Source: Octopus vulgaris (taxonomy: Eukaryota). From it: a DNA stretch of 64,000 bases. A model generated the notes under the pieces. That model searched no databases and had not been told where the DNA came from. It saw nothing but the letters and a program-made list of their open reading frames with translations. Positions 52,524-64,000 of this stretch are shown here, one piece after another. The translations under genes and the position numbers were made by a program. Positions within the stretch are counted from its first letter, which is position 1; each line of letters begins with the position of its first letter. The stretch spans positions 28,582,001 to 28,646,000 of the forward strand of contig OX597825.1 of NCBI GenBank assembly GCA_951406725.2, written 5' to 3'.

Positions 52524-53739
52524 GTGTGTGTGTATCTATATGAAGGGAGAGAGGTGAAATTATAGGGAAGAAACATAAAAGAAAGATTGAGAAATTGAGA
52601 ACAAAGAGTGAGAGAGAAGAAAGATGTTAATAAATGTGTGTGAAGGAAGCTATGAATGAAATAGATATGTTATTTAGCTCTGGGTCAAGCCTGATGGAGG
52701 AGCCCTATGTTCAGAGGTATTGCCCTATGATCATTCGTCATTTTTCTTTTCTTTTCAGATTCGTATTTTCTCTTTTTAGAAGTGTAGTATGTGACATGTG
52801 TGAGACTTAGCTCACTGATATTTCAAGCAGGTCGATAGACAAAAGATGAGGCTTCTTTGTTGAAAGCATAGTCCCAAATGGATGGCGAAGGTGTATCGTC
52901 GATTGTTATTGTTAGATACTGGAAAAGGAAAGACGTGGCGGAGAGAAAGAAAAAAAGGGTAGGAAAAGACGATGAACTGGCAAAATTGGTAGAACGTCGG
53001 TAAAAATGAGAAAAAAAACACTGTGACATTCGTCTCAGCTTTTTACGCTCTGTGTTCAAATTCTGCCAAAGTCGACTTTGCCGTTTATCCTTTCAAGATC
53101 CATTCAAAATCCCAAGCCTTGTGCCTATAATCCTTTCTAATGCAGGAATAAAGCCTGAAATTTGGGGGAGGGGACTAGTCGATTACATCAACCACAGTGA
53201 TTCACTGGTACTTAATTTATCGACCGTGAAAGGATGAAAGGCAAAGCCGACTTCGGTGGAATTTGAACTCAAAACGTAGTGGCAGACGAAACACCACATC
53301 ATTTCGCTCGGTGTGCTAACGATTCTGCCAGCTCGCCACCTTCCGTGTGCCTATAATAGTAAATATTATTAAATACTGTAAAACTGCGGAGAGCTTAAAG
53401 AGGAAAAAATCGCTTTGCAGCTTTCTTTTCGGTTTTTACGGTCTGAGTTCAAATTCTACCATGGTCAAGTTTGGCTTTCATCCATCTTGGGTTGATCACG
53501 TCTCAGTCAAGTACTAGAGTCGATGCTATCAATGAATTCTTTCCTTTCAAATTACAAGGAACGTGTTCGAATGAGAAACCGTTAGCAGACATTATAAGTG
53601 GTGAATTGGCCGAATCGTTTGAGAGTCAGAGAAATACCTTATGATATCTCTGCTAGTTGTTTATGTTCTGCGTTCAGATCCCAAAGAGGCCAAATTTGCC
53701 ATTTATCTATTTAAAAATAAAAAATAAATACGCCTTTTT

Positions 53740-53975
53740 TAAAGCATAGCCAGGATCATGGGCCCGGTTTCCCGGTTTCTATGGCGTATGCGTTCCCCAG
53801 CTGGACGGGACGCCAGTCCATCGCAGCGTTACTCATTTTTGCCAGCTGAGTGGACTGGAGCAACGTGAAATGAAGTGTTTTGCTCAAGAACACAACGTGT
53901 CACCCGGTCCAGGTATCGCAACCACAATCTTACGATCATGATACTGATACCCTAACCACTAAGCCACGCGCCTCC
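53740..53975 (-). mobile_element. Related tRNA-derived SINE (V-domain-like core)
   Basis: Head gtggcttagtggttaggg; shares ctggacgggacgccagtccatcgcag with the 38747 family. Confidence 0.75.
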
Positions 53976-54379
53976 ACTTTTATCCATTTGGGGTGGATGA
54001 AATAAAGTGCTTGTCAAGTATCGTTGTCGATAGAATCGATTAATCCCTTTGTCTGTCCTTGTTTATCCCCTCTATATTTAGCCCCTTGTGGGCAATAAAG
54101 AAATAAGAATCGATTAGTTCCCTCCTCCTAAGATCTGCATATATTGTGTCCAAATCAGAAAGTTACTTATTGGTTTCAAATTTTGGAACAAGGCCAGCAA
54201 GTTCAGGGGAAAAGATGAGTCGATTACATCGATTCGAAAAGTATGAAAGGCAAAGAGTTTGAACTCAGAGCATAAAGACGGACGAAGTACTTCTAAGCAT
54301 TTTACTCGGCGTCATCTCGTCACGTTGGAAACTGTTATTTATGAGACACTGCAAAAGAATGGTGGGTTGGTAGATATAT

Positions 54380-54778
54380 TTATTTCTTTATTACTCACAG
54401 GGGGCTAAACATAGAGAGGACAAAAAAAGGATTTAAGTCGATTACACCAAGCCCAGTGCGTAACTGGGACTTATTTAATCGACCCCGAAAGGATGAAAGA
54501 CAAAGTCGACCTCGGTGGAGTTTGAACTCAGAACGTAGCGGCAGACGAAAAACCTATTTCTTTACTACCCATAAGGGGCTAAACATAGAGGGGACAAACA
54601 AGGACAGACAAACGGATTAAGTCGATTATATCGACCCCAGTGTGTAACTAGTGCTTATTTAATCGACCCCGAAAGGATGAAAGGCAAAGTCGACCTCGGC
54701 GAAATTTGAACTCAGAACGTAGCGGCAGACGAAATACTGCTAAGCATTTAGCCCGACGTGCTAACATTTCGGCCAGTT
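54380..54778 (-). mobile_element. Dimeric SINE of the same family
   Basis: Two tandem units plus a head at ~54740-54778. Confidence 0.85.
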
Positions 54779-55846
54779 ATAAAATTGTAAGCTTAGTTCA
54801 GATATACTAAGACAGAATGACTGATGTATAAAATCACACGTTCCATAGAGAAAATGCGAACCTGTAGATATTTTATGGCATGGAGTATTCCATCCAGAGG
54901 CGGGGGCGTTTTGATAACCTGTTTATTAAAAGAATCCTTTCAATTCACGTTTCTCCTGTCTACACAACTGAATTACCTAGAAGTCGGGTGATGGTGCGTA
55001 CCTCTCTCTGTGTCTTTAATTATCTCGTCCTGGTTACTCCACTGAATGAAGGGTACAATAGTTCCCGACAACATAGACACTTTAAAAGAATTTACGAAAG
55101 CATGATACATGCTCACATGTTAAACCCATTTGTGAGAAACGGCTATGGGTTGGATGGGGTTCAGTGTTGCGATATAATAGTAAGGAAAGAGTGATAGTAA
55201 GAGGGCAGGTTTGCCGAGGGCGCAAGACTGCCTCTAAAACTAATACTAGGAGGAAGAAGGAAAATAGCAAGTCCTCGTCAGGTCATTGATGAAACACGAA
55301 TGCTTGCAACAGAATGCACTTTCAGTTGTCAGGTGATAATGTTACACCAGGATTAAATCAGCTGCGTGAGGGCGCAAGGCGAGGTCGTTAGGATGTTGCG
55401 CTCACGATCATGATATCACGGACTCGATCTCGTACGGAGTGGTGCTTTCAGTTCTTGAGCAAAACACTTCATCTCAAGATCTTCTGCGACCACATCGTCA
55501 TCTGATGTGTTAAACATCGTGCAACTGTTCAAGTAATGTCGATTAGATGGAGGGTGTAGGTTAATGTGCAACACGAACATTTGATCGCTACAAACAAATC
55601 ATCTGTGCCAGTTGTTCAGCAAGAGGCGTCTTTATTGGACCCGGAAAACTACATACAAATCGGTTGCAATGAACTGTTGTGGTAGCATTAGAAGACAAGC
55701 TACTAACCCTAGGATTCTAAGTTCAATTCCCAGGTAGGAACTTGAAAAGTAATATCAACAGAAAAATAACATTAGCAACATACCATAGGAATGAGAACAT
55801 TGTATCCCATTAATCAAATAAAAGATTGGGGTCGAAATTCCACCAG

Positions 55847-55890
55847 AACACCTGATGAAGGCTGGGAAGTACATCAGCCGAAACGTTGTG
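55847..55890 (+). ncRNA. Minimal type I hammerhead ribozyme motif (Penelope-associated type), stem I truncated
   Basis: cac-CTGATGA-a-ggctg[ggaagtacat]cagcc-GAAAC-GTT-gtg: core boxes, 5-bp stem II, palindromic ACGT stem III, 3-bp stem I. Confidence 0.6.
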
Positions 55891-55999
55891 AGGACACCTA
55901 TCCATCCATCGTAAATAATGTAAATAAGGTAACAGAACAGCGGGCCTCTCTGAGATGAGCAGTTAATAGCGATAAAAGGAATTCTAATCAATCAAGATA

Positions 56000-56054
<55 letters not shown>

Positions 56055-56232
56055 CGCGCGCGCGTAAGTGAGAGCGTTTCTCGTTGGATTCTCGTGTGCT
56101 GCGCGTGTAAGTTATGTCCTGTTGTATATAGGAACAGTAAATTAATCGAGAGCGACAGATGTACTTAGAAGGTCAACAACCGAGCATGAATGAACTAAAG
56201 TCATTGAAACGTTCGTTATATTTCGTTTTTGG

Positions 56233-56641
56233 GTGCGGCGAGCTGGCAGACACGTTAGCGCACCGGGAGAAACGCTCAGCAGTATTTCGTCTGTCGTTAC
56301 GTTCTGAGTTCAAATTCTGCCGAGGTCGACATTGCCTTTCATCCTTTCGGGGTCGATAAATAAAGTACCAGTTTCGCACTGGGGTCGATGTAATCGACTT
56401 AATCCGTTTGTCTGTCCTTGTTCGTCTCCTCTGTGTTTAGCCCCTTGTGGGTAGTAAAGAAATAGGTATTTCGTCTGTCGTGTTCTGAGTTCAAATTCCG
56501 CCGAGGTCGACTTTGCCTTTTATCCTTTCGGGGTCGATAAATTAAGTACCAGTTACGTACAGGGGTCGATGTAATCGACTTAATCCCTTTGTTTGTCTTT
56601 GCCCCTTCTATGTTTAGCCCCTTGTTGATAGTAAAGAAATA
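56233..56641 (+). mobile_element. Dimeric SINE of the same family with 16-bp TSD
   Basis: TSD tatatttcgtttttgg at 56217-56232 and 56642-56657. Confidence 0.88.
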
Positions 56642-57349
56642 TATATTTCGTTTTTGGATTTGGTTTGCAAGATACTTTGTGTGACTTCGTGTGTTGAACC
56701 ATATTCTGTTGTATCTGGGGAGTCATTCTCTTTTAGTGCCTTATAATTTAACACACTCACCGGTAATATTTCCATTTATTTCTTTTTTATTTTTCTAAAA
56801 TTTTCGTTGAGTCTTGCAACCTTTTCAATAGTTCTATTGTTTTTATTTTTTACTTTCCGTTATTGCTGCAACAGAGGAGTAAGTGAAACTGACCCTAAAA
56901 CGAGCGGGGAATTGAGACCTAGTCTCAAAGGACCCAACAAACAGGAATTCGCTGAAGGCACCCAATGACCCGGTGATGGTGTTCAAACGTATAAGTGTAA
57001 CGAAAAATGTATTGTTCACATTAACAGTGGTAACAGCAGCAGCAGCAGCAGTAGTAGCAGCAGCGTCGTAGTAGAGGTGATGATGATGATGATGATGTAG
57101 TAGAGGTGGCAGTAATAGCAGGAAAACAGGAAGCGTACAGAGAGAGGGGGGGAAGAAGAAGAAGAAGAAGAAGAAGAAGGGAAGGGAGGCGACAAGGAGA
57201 GATGTTTTAGTTAGACGACGAGGTGAAACAATAACATTTGATACAACTGAATAGTTTCATCAGTGAAATAAGATGTTTTGCTACGCTGTTGAATAGCTTT
57301 TCCGCTGAACGTCCATAAATCCTTCATTCTTATCTATATCCTGTCCACT

Positions 57350-57960
57350 ACTCACACAGACACAGACGCACACACACACACACATACACAGATACATACA
57401 CACAAGCACAAACGCACACACACAAACATACAAACACAAACACACAGACACTCGCACAAACACACACACAAACATAAACATACACACACACACAAACACA
57501 AGCACACACACAAACACACACACACACACACAGACACTAACACAAACACACACACATACTCGCACAAACACACACACATACTCGCACAAACACACACACA
57601 AACACACACAAACATACACACACACAAACACAAGCACACACACAAACACAAACATACACACAAAAACACACACACACAAGCACACAGGAAAACACACAAA
57701 CACACAGACAGACACACACACACGCACACAAACACAAACACACAGACAAAACACACACACACACACGGACAAACACATGCACGCAAACACACAGGCACGC
57801 ACAGAAACACACACAAACACATACAAACACACCACACACACAAACACACGCATAACCACACTATACACACACTTATACACGTGTATATATATTTATATTT
57901 ATACATATGTATACGTGTATGTATGGAGATATAAAACAATTACACACACACACACAGACA
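57350..57960. repeat. Degenerate CA-rich low-complexity tract
   Basis: Directly visible. Confidence 0.95.
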
Positions 57961-58972
57961 TATAATCAATATATTCTTTTATTTATTTTTATTGCTTCCT
58001 TCAGTCATTTGACTGCGGCCATGCTGGAGCACGGTTTTCAAGGGTTTTAGGGTCTTCAAGAGACATTCTTTGTAAGCCTAGCACTTATTCTATCAGGTCC
58101 TTTATGCCGAACCGCTAAGTTACGGGGAAATAAACATACCAACATTGGTTGTCATGTGATGGTGCGAGGGTCAGACACGGCTACAAAGATGCATACATAC
58201 ACACACACACACACACACATGTACAACAGGCTCTTTTTTAGTTTCCGTATATGTATGTATATATAATATCTATACATATATAAAGTGCGAGTGTTGTGGG
58301 TATAAGTATATACATGCACATATACATACAAATATTTTACAGAAAATGTCTCTCCCCAGACATAACAAAGTAAATCTTGAAAGTAGGTTAGTTGTGAAAA
58401 CAGCTTAGAAAATTGGCTACATACCTTTAGAATACGGAAAAGTTGCCAGCTGGCGGCTACAGTGAATGGAACCTCGTACCTCTTAGATACCGACTGAGCG
58501 GTATCTGACAGGGTAAGGATTCGATTCTCTGATGTCAACTTTTTCCTTCTAATTTTTTTTTTAACCCAATCTTTTAAGCTGTTTTCACTGCTATCCTACG
58601 TTCGAGTTTTACCGACTCACTGGGCGCTTCTGAATTTGTTTATAAAAATGTTCACCCATGCGTAAGTGAACATGCATGTGTGAACATAATTGTTTCAACA
58701 ACGTTCATGTAACCAATCAAACACCATGTCTATAGACACGGATAAGAATAATGAATTAGTCATGAGAATTGTGCATTGTGTATACCATAATAGCTTCAGC
58801 AGTCATTTAATCAGAACCGAGCGGAGAAATATAATACATCAGCAAATTGGTTATTTCCCTTAAGTAGGAAAAAATTTGCATTGGATTACTGTAGAAAAGG
58901 CTAAAAAGATGTTAAAAATGGGGAGAATTCTTCTGTCTAATTATGATATCAAAGAATACAACATACATGTTT

Positions 58973-59375
58973 GGGATCTTTTCGGTTTGAACGGCAGTTT
59001 TTTCTTGCGGTGTCATATGAAATTGTCACCCATAATTATGACCCTAGTATCGATCTATTGCATTTCAATCTGTTTTAGGGTTAGGATTAGGGGTGGGGAG
59101 AAGGGTATCTTTTTTTCTTCAGAAATGTAAATAAACCCAATCTGTTTCTTAAACGAGGGACATATTCATACGGCACAGAATGTTTTTTTACCTCAATGGA
59201 CTGTTGAAATTGAAGAAAAAGAAAACGACAAATATCTTATAAACTATAGAATTTTCTCAATAAAGCCAAGAGAAAAAGATGTTTTATAAACACGTTTTAC
59301 CAGTATACGAAGTTTAAAATTTTTTAGTTACCTAGAAATTATTTTAAAAACTGCCGTTCAAACCGAAAAGATCCC
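58973..59375. mobile_element. ~400-bp MITE with perfect 30-bp TIRs and 6-bp TSD (atgttt)
   Basis: gggatcttttcggtttgaacggcagttttt ... aaaaactgccgttcaaaccgaaaagatccc; atgttt at 58967-58972 and 59376-59381. Confidence 0.92.
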
Positions 59376-59838
59376 ATGTTTGTTTCTTTAATTACCCAAA
59401 ATGCTTCAATGACAAGGATTTGAATTAATTTAAAGAATCATATATATGTTGAATTATGCAGAGACTGAGACCATAATTTTTTGAAACGGATGCATATATA
59501 CTTTCACACACACACACATACATACACGCACACATATATATTTGTGCATACATGCATGCATACTCACGCGTGTTAAAAATAAACAAGTATACATCCATAA
59601 ATGTATGTGTGTGTAGAGGAGATTAATAAATAAAACCGAAAAGAAAAAGGAGATATTTTCAAAAATTTAACAATTAATTTCTAAATTTAAATAAAATTTT
59701 CTTTTAATTTACAAAAACAACCTTTTGTTTTCATGCAAGGAACAACGAATTACAGACTGCTGCATCGTGGGTAAGTTGAGAGTTTAGCATAGCATATCCA
59801 GTTGGCACATCAGGATCTATGGAGTTCAAGAGATCCCC

Positions 59839-59911
<73 letters not shown>

Positions 59912-60104
59912 TGGGATTTGTATCAGAAGCGATTTTTTAAGGATAGTTCTCATCTAATTTCATAAGTCAACCGAAATGATCTTGTCATATATATTCATAC
60001 ACACACACACGCACGCACACAAACACACACACACACACATATATATACATGCAAAAACACACAGGCGAATATACGCACATACACATATACCCACCATATA
60101 TTCT

Positions 60105-60307
60105 TTTCTTTTACTTATTTCAGTCATTTGACTGCGCCCATGCTGGAGCAAAGCCTTTAGTCGAACAAATCGACCACAGGACTTACACTTCGTTTTCTTT
60201 TGTCGAACCGCTAAGTTACGAGGACGTAAATGCACCAAACTCGGTTGTCAAGCGATGGTGGGGACAAACACAGAAACACTAATGCATACACACACACACA
60301 CACACAC

Positions 60308-60362
<55 letters not shown>

Positions 60363-60517
60363 AATAGGGTGATAAAAAATAAATTATTATTACCAGTGAC
60401 CCAGCACAAAAGACGAATTAGTCATTAGACTAAATATAATTAATATAGAAATACAATAAAGGGCTTCTAAGTAAAGAAGCGTTGTGTCTAGCACAACGCT
60501 TCTTTACTTAGAAGCCC

Positions 60518-60562
<45 letters not shown>

Positions 60563-60670
60563 GACAGGCTTCATTCAGTTTCCGTCTACCAAATCCACTC
60601 ACAAGGTTTTGGTAGGCCCGAGGCTATAGTAGAAGACACTTGCTCAAGGTGCAACGCAGTGGAACTGAAC
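60105..60670 (-). mobile_element. Copy of the 40068 SINE family with a ~165-bp insert in its (TA)n tract
   Basis: SINE tail at 60105-60290, head at 60560-60670, insert at 60360-60523. Confidence 0.8.
60455..60523. repeat. Perfect 32-bp inverted repeat with 5-nt loop
   Basis: aataaagggcttctaagtaaagaagcgttgtg-tctag-cacaacgcttctttacttagaagccctttatt. Confidence 0.95.
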
Positions 60671-61189
60671 CTTTTGTCGCCAGATGCTGTAACATGGTTT
60701 GCATCCAATATAGTAGTACCACCACTATTGCGATAATGGCCTAAAATATGTGGTACCAGTGTGATAAAATAAGATAATGCAGCAGCAATAACAACATAAC
60801 TATCTCTCAAGAACCAACAAATATTCCAAATGAACAAACCAACCCACACTCTTGAACTCCACTCTGAAATAACACAAACTATATACACTCTCTTGGTTCA
60901 GTCCATTCCTCACAAGAGGGTACCTTGGCTCTCATCACAACACTGAGAGTGTAAGAGGTGACTTAAGGTTACTAACTTTGTTCTGCCGACAAATTTCCAT
61001 TTATTTATTCTTAAGCTTCTCTTACTGCTGGAAACCACCTCTACCTGGTACTGGCATTTATGTGAACAATGTAGACAATTAACAAATATCAAATGCCACA
61101 ATACATAAATTCATTATTTATTAAAATTATCTTCAATTGTAGAAGTATCATAATTACTAAATGGTAATCGATTAGCATATTCAGGGCCA

Positions 61190-63450
61190 TTTAGTCACCT
61201 ACCAATCTGGTAGACACACTAGTCAAATTGACTACATCCTCACTAGGAAACAGGAAAGACGACTACTTGTAAATGCCCAAACCTTCCCAGGTAAAGAATG
61301 TACCCCACAACATAGATTAGTAGTTAGCGACTTCAGGATCAGGGCTAAATGGATGCCCAGAAGATGACCAGAATGGAGGAGAAGGGTCTGGAAGCTTAAG
61401 GATCCTGCAAAAAGAGATTGAGAGACATATTACTCAAAGCTGTGGAAGACAACTGGAGGTTTCTACAGGACAACCTTTTGAGGGCTAGTGACCAGATCTG
61501 TGGATGGTGCAAAGTTTCCTCTCAACCCAAGGTAACGTGGTGGTGGAACAATGTTGTTGACAGGGCTAGTAAGGAAAAGAAACAGGCTTTGAAGGACTGG
61601 AAGACTGGTGATAGCAGGGAATTGTATCAGACTGCCAAAAGAGAAGCTAGGAGATAGGTTTATTTGGCCAGAGGGGAAGCAAATAAGGAAAAATTTGCCA
61701 ATGTTCTGCGCCATGATGACCAAAGACTTGAAGTATTTTCCTGTTGCCAGACAGTGTGTGAGAGAGAATCGAGATGTCCTAGGAGAGAAATGTGTCCTCA
61801 TGGGTGACGGTTCACTTGCTTTAAACGAAGCTGCGAAGAGACAGGTTTGGAGACGCCATTATGAAAGTTTGCTAAATAAAGTGAATGAATGTGAGAAAGA
61901 GAGTCTGCCGAATGCCAGCCCAACAGAGGGACCAGCTATCTATCTAAATTGACTGCCTTGGTAGGTAAAGCAATTAAGGGTATGAAGACAGGGAAAGCCC
62001 CCGGACAATCAGGAATCACCACAGAGATGCTCAAAATATCTGGCAGTGTCGGCTATAGCCTAGTCAACCAGGTGATACATGAAGGAGTCATACCCAATGA
62101 CTGGTGTAGCAGCACCATAGTCAACAGCTAACAAAGGTAAAGGTGACGCATTAGATACAAATAATTACAGAGGTATCAAGTTGTTGGATCAGGTAATGAA
62201 GGTCACGGAGAGGGTCATAGCCCAAGTAATTAGGGAGAGAGGCAGTCTAGATGAGATGCAGTTTCGGTTCGTGCCAGGGGAAAGCACCACTGATGCTATA
62301 TTTCTGATAAGACAGATGCAGGAGAAATAGCTAGTCCAAGATAAAACTCTGTACCTGGCTTTCATTGACAGGGTCCCCCAATCCCCTATCTGGTGGTCAA
62401 TGAGGAGACTAGAGATGGATGAATGTTTATTGAGAGCTGTACAAGCCATGTACAGTAAGGTGACGGTTGGCAACGAGTACGGTGAAGAATATCGGGTAGG
62501 GGTAAGGGTCAACCTAAGATCAGTCCTCAGCCCCTCTTATTCATTATAGTCCTCCAGGCAATAACAGGAATTCAAGACAGGCTGCTCCTCTATGCTGATG
62601 ACCTTGCACTAATAGCAGAGTCATTGCTGGAACTGGAGCCAAAGGTTAGGGCGTGGAAGCAAAGTCTAGAATTGAATGGCCTTAGGGTTAACCTAGCCAA
62701 AACCAAAGTTTTAGTTAGTGTGCAGGCTGTCAAATAACAAACTCCTATGTAGAAATGGCATTGGTAGAAACTCCATACAATGCACCCGGTGTAAGCTATG
62801 GACACATAAAAGGTGCAGTAATATCAAAGGAAGGTTAACTGGGAAAATTATTTCTTGTGTGTGGCAGATGCAGTGGGGCAATAAACACTGAAGGTGTTCA
62901 GAAAACAGCTTCCATTACATGCCTGGGGAAGAAACTGGAAGTAGTAAATACTTTCTACTACCTAGGCGACCAAGTATGTAGTGGGAGTGATTGCTCTGCG
63001 AGTGTAGCAACTAGAGTAATAATAGCCTGGGCAAATTCAGGGAGCTCCTACCTCTGCTGGCAGCTAATGGCCCCTCACTCAGGGGGAAAGGTGGACTGTA
63101 TGATGCATGTGTGTGAACTGTCATGCTATACGGTAGTGAAACATGGGCCATAAATGCCGAGGACATGCGTAAGCTTGCAGTATGCTTGAGTCAAGTAAAA
63201 CCAATACCGTAGCTGGGGGCCAGTGACCCGCTAGCTGGCTCCTGTGCCAATGGGACATAAAGAACACCCACTACACTCTCAGAATAGTTGGCGTTAGGAA
63301 GGGCATTTAGCTGTAGAAATTATGCTAGACTAGATTGGAGCCTGTTGCAGCAGCTGGCTCTCCAAGATTTCAGTCAAACTGTCCAACCCATGCCATCATG
63401 GAAAACGGACGTTAATCGATGATGATGATGATGATGACGACGACGATGAT
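61190..63450 (+). mobile_element. Degenerate RTE (BovB-like) LINE with 3' UTR and (GAT)n tail
   Basis: SQIDYILTRK and QHRLVVSDF (APE end); NYRGIKLL, QFRFVPGESTTDAIF, LYADDL; Cys-rich insert; F.YLGD; tail gatgatgatg. Confidence 0.88.
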
Positions 63451-64000
63451 TATATTAGTAATAAAGTTGGGTGCAGGCAAGCGATTTGTAGTAGAGAGCA
63501 ATAGCGTTTGGAGCGAGCAAAGAGTTGGCGGCCGGTGACGCAATCGATCGAAAAGCTGTCATCTCGGCGGCGATATCGCCCACGAGTGTGTGTCCGGTAG
63601 CGTACGTAACACACAGACGCATCGCGTTATGCACGCGGCTAAGGCGGCTATTGCTCTCTAATAATCGCTTGCTTTTTATTTACTTAATGCATTCTTCACT
63701 TCGGCATACTGGGCAGAGATCGCATCGCATTCATGCACGCATTAGCTGTCTATCACCGCCTTAGCTATCATAAACAAACACAAGTTCATGTATGATATTA
63801 ATCTTTCTTCTACTTCAATTATTACATGGTTTTCTCTTATAAAAATACACACATACAGGAGAAGTAAATTATACATATACTTTAAATGTGGCTCTCGATA
63901 AACAATCAAAGTAATTACCTGATCAACAACGGGTGACCAAATCTGATTTTCTACCTTGCAGTTAAGCAGATTCACTGTTTTAAAAAATCACTCAAGTAGA

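Overview
AT-rich, repeat-dense animal genomic DNA, most likely an octopus (inferred from the tRNA-derived SINE families and dense (TA)/(CA)/(TACA) microsatellites). The only host genes are two tandem, intronless (~5.05 kb CDS) membrane receptor guanylyl cyclase paralogs at 6031-11077 and 26141-31186. They lie in a segmental tandem duplication (position 1 aligns with 14854). Their architecture is unusual: signal peptide, ~460 aa of putative Ig-like repeats, ANF-receptor domain, 3 EGF-like repeats, TM, pseudokinase, coiled coil and cyclase. Copy 2 is intact (1681 aa). Copy 1 has one extra A in a homopolymer just before the cyclase domain. The paralogs are a patchwork of near-identical and highly diverged blocks, with divergence concentrated in the ligand-binding and EGF/TM parts. 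The rest is transposon debris: Tx1, CR1/L2, R4/Dong, RTE, Penelope, mariner, MITEs and at least three SINE families. It includes an ORF1-only retroelement, a SINE-like element carrying a minimal hammerhead ribozyme motif, multimeric SINEs, a 6-bp-TSD MITE and a perfect 32-bp hairpin. All comparisons were made by eye; no searches were run.
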